Below, in pieces: positions 1 to 11,255 of a DNA stretch of 64,000 nt. The position numbers and the translations under genes were made by a program. The stretch's first letter is position 1, and each line of letters starts with the position of its first letter. Source of the DNA: Octopus sinensis (taxonomy: Eukaryota). Where the stretch lies: contig NC_043010.1 in the NCBI RefSeq assembly GCF_006345805.1, positions 34,906,001 through 34,970,000 on the forward strand, in the 5' to 3' direction. Below the pieces are notes generated by a model. The model did no database searches. It was not told the origin of the DNA and saw nothing but the letters and a program-made list of their open reading frames with translations.

Positions 1-218
1 TTAAAAATTTTCACAACCATCCAAGATAGCATAATGGACGGTAAGTCTCAGATAGATTGTGAGCATCTGCTGAAGTTCACTGCGTCCAAACTCCTGGATA
101 TCAATGTGAAATTGTTGTACAGAAATAACAAGCAGCACTAATCATGCATATACATAAACAGGCATATGTGTACACACACACATGCATGCACTATTCCTGG
201 CAAGACCACTCACAAGTA

Positions 219-371
219 GGAGTGGCTGCGTGGTAAGTAGCTTGCTTACGAACCACATGGTTCCAGTTCAGTCCACTAAGTGGCACCTTGGGCAAGTGTC
301 TTCTCGGGCCGACCAAAGCCTTGTGAGTGGATTTGGTAGATGGAAACTGAAAGAAGCCCATCGTATATATG

Positions 372-414
<43 letters not shown>

Positions 415-608
415 TTGTGTGTCTGTGTGTGTGTCCCCAACATCGCTTGAAAACCGATGCTGGTGTGTTTACATCCCTGTAACTTACCAGTTCGGCAAAA
501 GAGTAAGAACTAGGCTTACAAAGAATAAGTCCTGGGGTTGATTTGCCTGACTAAAGGCGGTGCTCCAGCATGGTCAAAGTCAAATGACTGAAACAAGTAA
601 AAGAGTAA
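219..608 (+). mobile_element. SINE family A, near full length: tRNA-like head, CORE-like block, internal (TA)/(TG) microsatellite, conserved 3' half, AGTAAA-type tail
   Basis: Head GGAGTGGCTGCGTGGTAAGTAGC; GGCACCTTGGGCAAGTGTCTT block; 3' AATAAGTCCTGGGGTTGATTTG...CAGCATGG...ATGACTGAAACAAGTAAAAGAG. The same sequence recurs more than 10 times in the window. Confidence 0.85.
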
Positions 609-667
609 GTACATTTTGAGCACCTTGTCTAACCATGCCGTTTTATACATTACACATACATATAGTA

Positions 668-706
<39 letters not shown>

Positions 707-2034
707 CGTGTGTGTGTGTTTGTGTGTGTGTGTGTGTCTAAGTATATGGCATAATGACCAATGTTTTAGCATCAGTGCTTTCCTTGTTAGCATGGAATAA
801 ATGTGTCTGTCATAAATGTAAATTCTCATCTGTCTTATCCTTCTGCTGTCTCGCAACTTCCGTCCTCCAGCATCCTGACACCCGACCCTCCCTCCTCTCT
901 ATGTTTACTTCAGTCTTCCTTTTCCATAGGCATCTTTCACTAATGCCACACATCTCCCCTTCATCCATCATCTATCACCTTTTATGTTCAACTTCACTCA
1001 GCACCCTTATAGTCTGAATTTTATGCAGACCAATATTACAAAGTCCGAGATGCAGCACGGACTTTGTCAGTGAACAGGTCGCGGATTTTAGTGACGAAAA
1101 TATTTTGACAAATTAAACTTCAATATTACATACCTAGTAATTAATTCTGGCCTCGTTTTCCCTCCAGTTTCTACAAAACTGTCACATTCAGTGGTTACAT
1201 TTCACTAAAAGAATTCTATTTTCCCCATCAACAACAACAGATTTGATAATAATGTATATTTACTTTTTGATTCCTTCATTATTAATTGAGCAAGTATAAC
1301 GAAGCATCATGCTTTGGCGATGAGCTCTGAATAAAACCAGAACATGTCTAGACTTGTCTCTTGTATAGAAGAGAAAAATAAAAATGATATTATAGATTAG
1401 CTAATATATTTTCATCTCCCTCACTGTGCATTTATTTGTAGTTGACCTTTTAATGTTCCTTGTATTACATATATTGAATTACCTTTATTTACTACAGTTT
1501 GCATTTTAGATGGAGAGAGAGCACCTTTTTGCCAACTGAAGTAAACACACCCAGGGTATCTTTCCCTCCATTTTCACTCTTGTAACTATATTTTTTACTA
1601 CAACCACACCTAGCAGTAATTACATCACCTACCAAATAGAAACTATTAAAAAGTATCTTGTGAGCCATTTAGAAATAGTGACAATATATACATACATGTA
1701 TATATCCATATACACAGACACAAAAACATAGATGTATGCAAATGTATATTAACATATAGACATAAACAGACAGACACACACACACACACACACACACACA
1801 TTAATATATATATCTGCACACATAGCTAAAGACACATATACATTTACACACACATATAAATATAAATAGAGCTTACAATCAAAGTAAAACCAAATTCTAG
1901 TACTAAATGACTTAGCAAAGATCTCTATAGAGGTAAAAGAAAAAAAAAAAAATCTAGAGAATTGACATAGGGGAGCACATCCTCACTAACATTGCTTAAT
2001 GATTGTTATAAAATATGTTTCAAACACAGAAGTA

Positions 2035-2218
2035 CATGTAAAAAGCACCCAGTACACTCTGCAAAGTGGTTGGTATTAGGATGGGTATCCAGCTTTAGAT
2101 ACCATGCCAAAACAGACAAGTGGAGCCTAGCATATCCCTTTGGCTTACCAATTCCTGTCAAACCATTCAACCCATACCAGCATGGAAAACAGACATTAAA
2201 TCATGATGGTGATGATGA
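2035..2218 (+). mobile_element. RTE-type LINE 3' tail fragment ending in (GAT)n
   Basis: AAAAGCACCC...GTGGTTGG..TTAGGATGGGTATCCAGCT...AACCCATACCAGCATGGAAAACAGACATTAAA then GAT repeats; matches the 3' UTR of the RTE copies at 37.7 and 59.4 kb. Confidence 0.75.
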
Positions 2219-2498
2219 GCCCCTGGCATATATCTGAACTTTAATGGCAAAATCAGAACCACAGTCACCCGAAGAGATTTCATTTCTGACTGTATAAACT
2301 CCAGTTTAATGCAATTCTCACCACATCTTTTTATATTATTGAAAGCCACAGACTGTACATACAAAGAAAGCTAATTTGGGTGACTGAAACACTCCTACAT
2401 GAATATCAACCAGTCAAAAGTGTTCCAAATCACTATCATCCGTAACAGAGATATCATGGAGACTGTCCTCATTTTAATTACTACAGAAGATTGATTAA

Positions 2499-2939
2499 TT
2501 CTTTTGTGACAGTGTTTCTGTTGCAACACAGTGGTTTTGTTTCAATTAATTTTGAAGATAATGAAGAAATTAATGAAATAATTTTGTCATCAGTGAGTTG
2601 GTATTTCAAGCATGAAGTAACATGAAATTTTGATGGAAGATTTTAGATCACTTTAACTCTTTAGCATTTAAACTGACCATATCCAGCCCAAATATTCTAC
2701 CCGCTTTATATTCAAACCAGCCAGATCTAGCCTCTCACACATAACCTACAATGTCATTCTAAAATTAAACAATTTCATCATCAAAATTAGGAAGTTATGA
2801 GATAAAGCATGATTAATTAAAACCAATGTGAATAAATAAGCATTACATTTGACAGAGTAATTTGAATGATAAAGGGTCAAAAACAGGAAGTTTATATCGT
2901 AGAACCAGGAGCAGTTCCAAACAGTTGGTATCAAAAGGA
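2499..2939. mobile_element. piggyBac-like (TTAA) MITE, outer element, interrupted by a nested MITE
   Basis: TTAA at 2495-2498 and 2940-2943; degenerate ends TTCTTTTGTGAC / GTATCAAAAGGA; an uninterrupted reverse-orientation relative starts at 43822. Confidence 0.65.
2657..2876. mobile_element. piggyBac-like MITE nested in the outer MITE
   Basis: TTAA|CTCTTTAGCATT ... AATGATAAAGGG|TCAA: terminal inverted repeat with TTAA/TCAA target duplication; 220 bp. Confidence 0.7.
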
Positions 2940-3023
2940 TTAACCCAAACTGAGCTGACCATGTGTCCTACATGTTGAATAATTTATTGATACAACAAAT
3001 CTTGGAATGACAAATCTTTCTGT

Positions 3024-3239
3024 AAAAACCATGCCAAAACTGACTTCACCTGTGCTGGTGCCATGTAAAAAGCACTAAGTCCAATCAGCAGGGCTGTTAG
3101 CATTAGGAAGGGCATCCAGCTGTAAATGCCATACAAAAACAGATATCATAGCCTGGTGCATTCTTCCACCTGGCCGGCTTCTGGCAAACCATCCAACCCA
3201 TGCCAGCATGGAAGATGGTCGTTAAATGATGATGATGAT
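3024..3239 (+). mobile_element. RTE-type LINE 3' tail fragment
   Basis: TTAGGAAGGGCATCCAGCTGTAAA...CCAACCCATGCCAGCATGGAAG..GTCGTTAAATGATGATGATGA. Confidence 0.75.
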
Positions 3240-4232
3240 ATTAATGTTCCAGTAGGGGAACTGGAAATTCATTCTAAAGATTCCTTGAAAATACCCCCAC
3301 CTCTTAAATTTTTACACCAACATCAAACTGCGTGGAACCCAATTGGATTGCTTGAACCTGGTGAGTCACAGTTTTCCATCCACCACACTTTGAAGGATCT
3401 GCAAATATTATGGGTGATGGCCCTTCAACTTGTGACTAAGGCATAAGAAAAAGGAATAAAATATGAAAAATTCATTGAATTTCATTATTTGTGGAATTCT
3501 GAACACACAAATGGAACCAGAGCTGCTGAGGGAGAAGGAGTGGGGTGAGGCGGGGCGTGTGGGTTGGGGTAGAATGTGCTTAAACTACAAACAGAAATAA
3601 TTGTCAATAAGGAGGGAGTCTGCTGAAACATTAAAAATCAATCATGCATAAAAAAGGCCAGACACAAAGCTATGGGGACAGGAAGATAAGAGACAGTGGC
3701 GGTGAGGGGGGTACAACAAGTTGTTGTAGTAGTAGAAGTAGTAGTAGTAACACGAGGAGGATGAGGAGGCAGAAGAACAACAAACACAACACAAAAACAA
3801 AAACTTGAAAACCAAGACAGAAGGAAGAGCTATCTCCAAGCTTGACATTAAAAGTAAGTAAAAAAAAAGAAAAAGAAAAAAGAAAAACAAAGGAAACAAA
3901 ATGGTGTCTATGATCGTCTGGCAACCATTGGTACAAACTGATACATTAGCTCAAATGTAGAGATCAATAGAGTAGTCAGATTAAAACAGATCAAATATTG
4001 GTTCAGAATATCTGATATCAGTGGTTAAATACCTATATATTGATTCACTTATCAAAAGTGAGCTGCATAGATTGAAGAAATGGGAAATGGGGATGGTACT
4101 CAAGGTGAGCCAAATACGCTAATTCTTGAGTATGTGAGTGTGTCTGCCGGTGTCTCTACACGTGTTTATGCATGTGCAAGCATGCATGCATGCATATGTA
4201 TGAACACATGTGTGCATGGATGCAAATGCATG

Positions 4233-4440
4233 TTTACTCTTTTACTGCTTTACTCGTTTCAGTCATTTGACTGTGGCCATGCTGGAGCACCGCCTTTTAG
4301 TCGAGCAAATCGACCCCAGGACTTATTCTTTGTAAGCCTAGTACTTATTCTATCGGTCTCTTTTGCCAAATCGCTAAGTTACGGGGGATGTAAACACACC
4401 AGCATCAAGTGACGTTGGGGGAACAAACATATACACACAC
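4233..4440 (-). mobile_element. SINE family A, 3' half
   Basis: TTTCAGTCATTTGACTGTGGCCATGCTGGAGCACCGCC...CGACCCCAGGACTTATTCTTTGTAAGCCTAGTACTTATTC is the reverse complement of the family A 3' half. Confidence 0.85.
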
Positions 4441-4486
4441 ATACATACATATTTATATATATATATATAATATATATATATATATA

Positions 4487-4633
4487 ACGGGAAGCTTTAT
4501 GAAAATAAACAAAAGACGAAGGCAGGTGGAAAACAAACGAACAATTGTATTAGTATGGCGCTCAGGAAATATAAATAAAACAAGTCTTTAACGTTTCGAG
4601 CCTACGCTCTTCAACAGAAAGATACACAGAGAG
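4487..4633 (-). mobile_element. Penelope-like element (pLTR) fragment, flanked on both sides by (TA)n
   Basis: Minus strand contains CTGTTGAAGAGCGTAGGCTCGAAACG, the CTGANGAAG...CGAAACG signature typical of Penelope-like pLTRs; no coding sequence. Confidence 0.6.
4585..4622 (-). ncRNA. Minimal type I hammerhead ribozyme-like fold, core variant CUGUUGA
   Basis: Minus strand TCTTT-CTGTTGA-A-GAGC-GTAG-GCTC-GAAA-C-GT-T-AAAGA: 5-bp stem I, 4-bp stem II, palindromic AC/GT stem III, GUU cleavage triplet; A6 replaced by U. Confidence 0.6.
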
Positions 4634-4651
4634 AGAAAAACACAGAAAGAA

Positions 4652-4695
<44 letters not shown>

Positions 4696-4807
4696 TCAAG
4701 ATTAATCTGCTGAAATTGCGAGGATGATCCAGTTCTTGACTGAGGATAAGATGAAATACTACTAAGCATTTTGCCTGGCATGGTAACAATTTTACCAGCT
4801 CGCCACC

Positions 4808-4849
<42 letters not shown>

Positions 4850-6438
4850 GTCATAATAAGGTGCCTTGTGGTAGTACTGAAGCCAGAACTTCTTAGCACA
4901 CAGCTGCACCTGCACATGTGCTTCTATACAAGACACAGTGAATATGGATGGACACACACACACATATATATCTTATGAAAGAGGAGGTATTAGAATTTTG
5001 GATAATTATTTATTTAACACTTTCATCTCATTTCAGAGAATCATAAAGAATGAGTGCATGTGTGTGTGTATTATATATACACACACATTCACCCATACAC
5101 ACTTGAGATGGCCACATCAGTTAATATATTCTACTTAGAAAAGTATGAAAAGAAGAGAAAGAGAGAAGGGGAGAGTAAGGTGAACAATGTAGAGAGGGAG
5201 CAGAAAGCAAAGGTGTTAAATAGAAGAAAGGGGACAGAGGGAATAAAATAGAAATAAAGGCGTAAAGAAGGATTAAAATGTGGGAGTAAAAGAGGATGTA
5301 AACAATGACAGAGGAGTCAAAAGGTTGGTGGTTCATAGCCTTCCACTGGTATTATTCTGTATCTGGGACAAATTGGTCCTTGTTAATGGATATTACAAGT
5401 TTCTTTGAGATACCACTGTAGTAGTGGCAGCACTGTCACACTGCTGAGAGTTTCTTTGGTTGGTTTCTAGAGGTGGGTTTAATTTTTCTCTATAAATGTG
5501 GTGGTGGACAGATTGAAGGAAGATGTGAGCCAGAATGATGAGATTATGGAAATTAATGAGAATGTCAATTCTTTGACTTGTCTAGCTTCTTTGGCATCCA
5601 TCTGGAAAATAGGTCTGAAATATTCTATAGAGGAAAGAATGAGGGAGAGAGAGAGAGAGAATAAAAGGGGGAATGTAAAAGACAAAAAGAGAAAGGAAGA
5701 GGGAGAGAAAAAATGTAAGTGGGAGAGAAGGAGAGTAAGAAGGAAAGGAGGAATGTAAAGGAAGAAAAGATGAGTAAGAGCAAAGACAAAAATATGGGGG
5801 GAGAGGGCAGGACTGCAGGTGTTTTGAGCAGAAGCAAGAAGTGAGAATGAATCATAAGAATGACTGGACATAGCTGACTAATATTGGGGGTGAAGGGGAA
5901 AGAGGTGATGGGAAGCCATTTAGGCAGGAGGCTGGGTCAGCCTTTGGATAATAATAGGTCCCTATTCAGTGATTCAATAATGAAGGAGGTCTTTGATACC
6001 TGCCAATACTTTTGGGACATTGTTTGTTTGTTTGATAAGGTCTAGTTCACAGCCTAGATCAAACCAGCCTGCCACCTTCTCCTGGAATGAAGGAGGTCTG
6101 TAAACATTGCCAGAGTTTGACTCAAAATTAGAAGTTATTAATTTCTTGTTAATCTGATAATGCTTAGCTTCCTCGGTTTTATACTTGCTAGTGGGACCTA
6201 ATCACAATGAAGCAGACTGAGCTGTTAAAAGGTGAACACCTTGGCCATAATCACAGCATGGCGCTGGTGATTGGATGATGGGAATTAATAGTTCATTCTT
6301 CCCTTGGGTGTCCACTATCACATTTGGGAAGTGTGTGTGTGTGTGAATGAATGTATCTTTGTGTGTACATACACAAAGAGTTTTCTTTGAGAATTAGAGG
6401 ACATTTTAGCATAAAACTTCCTTGTTGAATAATGCATT

Positions 6439-6470
<32 letters not shown>

Positions 6471-6471
<1 letters not shown>

Positions 6472-7020
6472 GTTTCAAATTTTGCCACAAGGGCAGCAGT
6501 TTTGGGGGAGGGGATGAATCAATTATATCGAACCCAGTGTTCAACTTGTACTTATTTTATTGACTCTGAAAAGATGAAAGGTAAAGTCAACCTCAGTGGA
6601 ATTTGAACTGAGAATGTAGTGATGGGCAAAATACAGCTTAGCATTTCGAGCAGCATGCTAACGATTCTACCAGCTTGCCACCTTAATAATAATAATAATA
6701 GTGCTTTCTACTATATGCATAAGGCCTGAAATTTTTTTTTGGGGGGGGGACTAGTCGATTACATTGACCCCAATGTTTCATTGGTACTTAATTTATTGAC
6801 CCCGAAAGAATAAAAGGCAAAGATACCTTAGCGGAATTTGAACTCAGAACAAAGACAGATGAACAATAATAATAATAACAATAATAATAATAACCTTCCT
6901 GCAATAGGCACAAGGCCTGAAAATTTTGGTGGGATGGGTTACACAAATTTCAATGACCCCCATTGCTCGGCTGATACCTATTTTATCATCCTCAAAAGGA
7001 TGAAAGGCAAATTTCAGGAA
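6471..7020 (-). mobile_element. Three tandem SINE family B copies (tRNA head plus Nin/Deu-like domain) separated by (AAT)n: 6471-6684, 6701-6862, 6894-7020
   Basis: Each carries the reverse complement of GACTTTGCCTTTCATCCTTTCGGGGTCGATAAAATAAGTACCAG; the first retains the head AAGGTGGCAAGCTGGTAGAATCGTTAGC; (AAT)n at 6441-6470, 6685-6700 and 6862-6893. Confidence 0.8.
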
Positions 7021-7194
7021 GCATGGAATTTTTAAAGATATAGAATTCTGACAGCTAACAACTAATTCAGGTAGTTTATACCATGCTATTGACGATTCTG
7101 AGTGCTAAAAGTTATTTCTGAAAGTCTTGGGTGCTGTTCTGTTTCTTAATTTTATAAGCACATTTATGGGTGGCAGAAATTGTGAATTCCCAAA

Positions 7195-7545
7195 TGTGGT
7201 CGATGTTGTTCATACCCACTGTCTGGCACCTTGGGTAATTGTACTCTATAGCCCCAGGCCGATCAAGGCCATATGAGTGGATTTGATAGATGGAAACTGA
7301 AAGAAGCCTATCATGCATATGTGTGTGTGTGTGTGCATTTGTTCCTTTCCACCACATGACAACTGGTGTTGGTATGTTTACATCCCCATAGCTTAGTGGT
7401 TTGGCAAAAGAGACCAATAGAATAAGTACCAGGTTTTAAAAAATAATAAGTACAGGGGTTGATTCTTTTGACTGAAAATTCATCAAGGCAGGGCCCCAGC
7501 ATGGCTGCAGTCTAATGACTGAAACAAGTAAAAAATAAAAGATAA
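7195..7545 (+). mobile_element. SINE family A, diverged
   Basis: GGCACCTTGGGTAATTG...GGAAACTGAAAGAAGCC, (GT)n, GGCAAAAGAGACCAATAGAATAAGTACC...GACTGAAACAAGTA. Confidence 0.75.
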
Positions 7546-8821
7546 ACATTTATTTTTCATACTAAGAGGGGTTGAGTGTGTTTGCAAATGTACAGATGTG
7601 CGCAGCATACACAACTCATCCAGTTTCGAAGAACCTTTCAAAATGTGATTGATTCCTCTTTACTTCTGTCACTTCATCAATCCCAGTGTGTGTGTGTGTG
7701 TGGTTGAGTGTGTGACAGGTTTCTCCTTAAATGTAGATAGTATGTTATATCTTGTAAACACACGCATACATATCCATACAGTACCAAATGATATAAAAAA
7801 AAAGAAAAAAAGGTTGAAGTAAAGAGAAGTAACTCATGCAGAAGAATTGGTGAGTTACTATAAATCAGAGACAGAAAAAAAAAAGTAATGTTCTAAAATT
7901 AGAACATCTTATCTCACAGACTGATACAAATAATAAACAAATAAAGAAAAATGTTATTTCTTACATAAGTAAGACAAATTCCAATATATTATTTCAGCCA
8001 GGGATGAAAGAAATCAGGAGGTTGCGGAGTTCATGCGTTTTCTATCTTTCTTTTCATCTCTTTACGAAACTTGTAAAGCTGCGTGTGTACCACAAGAAGA
8101 CTGCTTAAAGAAATCTGCCTGATTTGTTTCACAGAGTTTAGATGAAGGCAACAGTAGTTGTCTCCCTTCAACATTGCTGAGTAAGCATGATTTCTCTCGT
8201 TTGCCCAAGTACACAAATTAGTAGTAGTAGTACTATATTGAATACCCCCCCCCCCCCACTACCCACACACCTGCTCTTCTTTTAAACCCTTGTACATGAC
8301 TGACATTTCATCTATTGCTATCCTGAAGGGATGAAAGATAAAGTCAACCCTTTCAAGATTTCGACAAAATGTAAAGCGCCATGATTATATTCTGCAAGAC
8401 AATTAATTTTACACTTCTATCTACGCTACTACACTGCCCTTCAAAAGAGTAGAGGGCGAGGGCATAGGAAATTCACTTGACACCGGTCGACCCCAGTATT
8501 ATTTGAACTTAGGATGTAGAGATTCATAACTAACACCCAAGACATTTAACTAGACATCCAACCAGTTCGTTTGTACCCCTTCGTTTCTATCTAACCATTT
8601 CTCACATTTGCACAAGACTATGACAAACAAGCCAACAAGGGAACCTGTACATGATCACTCAATCTACTAGAAATAGCAGTAAAATCTCTTCCAAATCTCA
8701 TCCATTTTTAAGTGTGTGTGTATACGTAAAGATGGGATGACCACATCTAACGCATGACCCAAGATTTTAAGGAAGGATTGTCTAATCAACTCACTTCAGT
8801 TCATTACTAGTTCTTGTTTAA

Positions 8822-9043
8822 TTAGTGGCAAGCTGACAGAATCATTGTCACACTGGGCAAAATGCTTAGCAGCATTTCTTCCAACTTAACATTCTGAATT
8901 CAAATGCCACCAGAATCAACTTTGCCTTTCATTCATTTGGAGGTCGATAAAATAAGTCCCAGTTGAGTACTGGGGTTGATGTAATCAATTTATCCCTACC
9001 CCCAACATTGCTGACCCTTAGCAAAACCATTGAAACCAATATT
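8822..9043 (+). mobile_element. SINE family B
   Basis: GGCAAGCTGACAGAATCATT...CTGAATTCAAATG...CTTTGCCTTTCATTC..GGTCGATAAAATAAGTCCCAG...GAAACCAATATT. Confidence 0.75.
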
Positions 9044-10793
9044 TAATTGACCATGGCTGAGAAGCAAAGATAACCTATAGGTATTTGAAAGTAGAATACA
9101 TACTCTATTTGATTGCATGCAAGTCATACTGGCATATTAGATGAATCCTAATTCGAGTAGTACATATTCAGGAAGAAAGAGTTTAGTGCATTAAAGCATG
9201 TAATATAAGGCCAACTTATATCAACTGAGCCCCTTCCCTGAAATTGCTGGCCTTGTGCCAAATCCTGAAACCAATACAGGCCCGACTCCACACATAGGAC
9301 CTGGGGTGATTTTTTTCAGACTTTTTTTGGGAAACAAAGTTCACCTTATATACCATCAAATATGGTAGTTTGCTATTTCCTAACACAGAACCACTTGGTA
9401 ATCAATCATGTATAGTGATTGAAAATATACATGGTGTCAACCAGAACTGTGAAGCCTCCCATCTCTACTTTGGGTGGTAGAATGTTATAATAAATACAAG
9501 GCAACAACCATTAGCAAACTAATGCACCTAATGAATCAAAGACCTCAGATTTACAATTGCCCTCCATACACGTAATATTCGTGAGAAAATCATTAATGTC
9601 ACATAATACCATTTTTCCAGATCTTTAATAAATTTGAAGCACAGAAACAGGAGTGGGATCATAGTTAATGTGCTGATTAGATAAATATTTGCAAGTGTAT
9701 AGAAGTTGAAGATTATTGTTACAAGGGGCTGCTGAAAAGTACCTCTTTTGGGTAAAAGAAAATACAAGAGGGTCAGTTAATTATGATTTTATTCAACATA
9801 TTCTTGTCTCAGATCCACACACTTATTGTAGCAGCCCTTCAGTTTTTCTAAGCCTTGTAAAAGAACTTGGAAGGTCGGGCTTCCAACCGGGCCTTTCATG
9901 ATACCCTTAAAGCCAGGAACTTTTCAGTACCCCCTCATAGTTTATGTTGTACAGGTCTATGACACAGAGGTGGATGGTCAAAAAAAAATTTGGCCAGTGT
10001 CCCTAGCTATGTATTTGTCTTGTTTTTTTTATTGTAGAGTTTGAGGTTCTTAATTTACAGTTTGAAATATATTAGTTCCCTACCTCTGCACCTATTTTAA
10101 AGGCAATTTTAAGTTTATCGAAAAAAGTTTGTAAGTAACATTGAATTGGTGAAACAGCTATATAGTAGCTGCTTCTTTGGTTTTAATCTTCCCTATTCAA
10201 AAGACAAGAAATTTGATAAGCAAGATTTGGCTAATATATTGAATTAAACACCAGTGCGGACTCCCCATCACTGTTATATGTTGTTTCCATTTTTAGAACA
10301 GTAAGAATAGTGTTAAAAAGAGACTTAACTGCTATGATGAATATATTAAGAAACTATATTGAAGCTCTTGTGGGTGATTTGATTTCTACATTGAATATAT
10401 TAAGAAACTACGTAGTACTTACTGCACTCTCTTGTGTAGATATCACTTTTAAGAGAGTTTGTTGGCAGCTACATTAAGATCAAATGACAATACATAAGAT
10501 CCCTTGCTAACTAATGTAACCCCAAGGATATGCTTATTCAGGTTGTACTATTAATATAGACATACAATATTTTACATTTTCTACACTTCTCAGAAATACT
10601 GCGTCACAGTTATTTTAACATGGCATATTTTACAAAACTATTTTCAAACTTACTCTGTTGAAACATCCTGTACACTGTTTTAAATACCCATTACATTCCT
10701 CTTATAAAATGAAGGACAAAATAAATGAGTGCATTCAAAGCATACTGCTAATCCATTTATATACTACTGTCTGGCACCTTGGATCATAGCCCT

Positions 10794-11255
10794 CATCATT
10801 GTTTAATGTCTGCTTTCCATGCTAGCATGGGTTGGACGATTTGACTGAGGACTGGCGAACCAGATGGCTGCACCAGGCTCCAGTCTGATCTGGCAGAGTT
10901 TCTACAGCTGGATGCCCTTAATGCCAACCACTCAGAGAGTGTAGTGGGTGCTTTTACGTGCTACCGGCACGAGGGCCAGTCAAGCGGTACTGGCAATGGC
11001 CATGCTCAAATGGTGTTTTTTACATGCCACCTGCACAGGAGTCAGTCCAGCGGCACTGGCAACGACCTCACTTGAATGGTTTTTCATGTGCCACCAGCAC
11101 AAGTGCAAGTAAGGCGATGCTGGAAACGATCACGCTCAAATGGTGCTTTTTACATGCTACCGGCACAGAAGCCAGTTTGCTGTTCTGGCAATGATCACGC
11201 TTGGATGGTGCTCTTAGTGCTCCACTAGCATGGATGCCAGTCATCAAATTTGATT
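10794..11255 (-). mobile_element. RTE LINE 3' UTR with four internal ~60-bp tandem units
   Basis: CATCATTGTTTAATGTCTGCTTTCCATGCTAGCATGGGTTGGAC..., then repeated TGGTGCTTTTTACRTGCYACCRGCAC blocks. Confidence 0.8.

Noticed and set aside
1-46. + strand splice donors at 41 (GTAAGT), 3361, 30834 and 62286
   Set aside because: Isolated donor matches without convincing acceptors or recognisable peptides; they cannot be chained into a gene.
182-541. ORFs overlapping SINE A copies (also 4080-4412, 16552-16845, 29199-29577, 39926-40268)
   Set aside because: They translate SINE and (CA)/(TA) microsatellite sequence; the same pseudo-peptides recur at each copy.
6441-7020. CRISPR-like repeat-spacer array (also 44400-45240, 13079-13230, 18691-18910)
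   Set aside because: Units are long homologous SINEs or tandem minisatellites without unique spacers; no cas genes; eukaryotic context.
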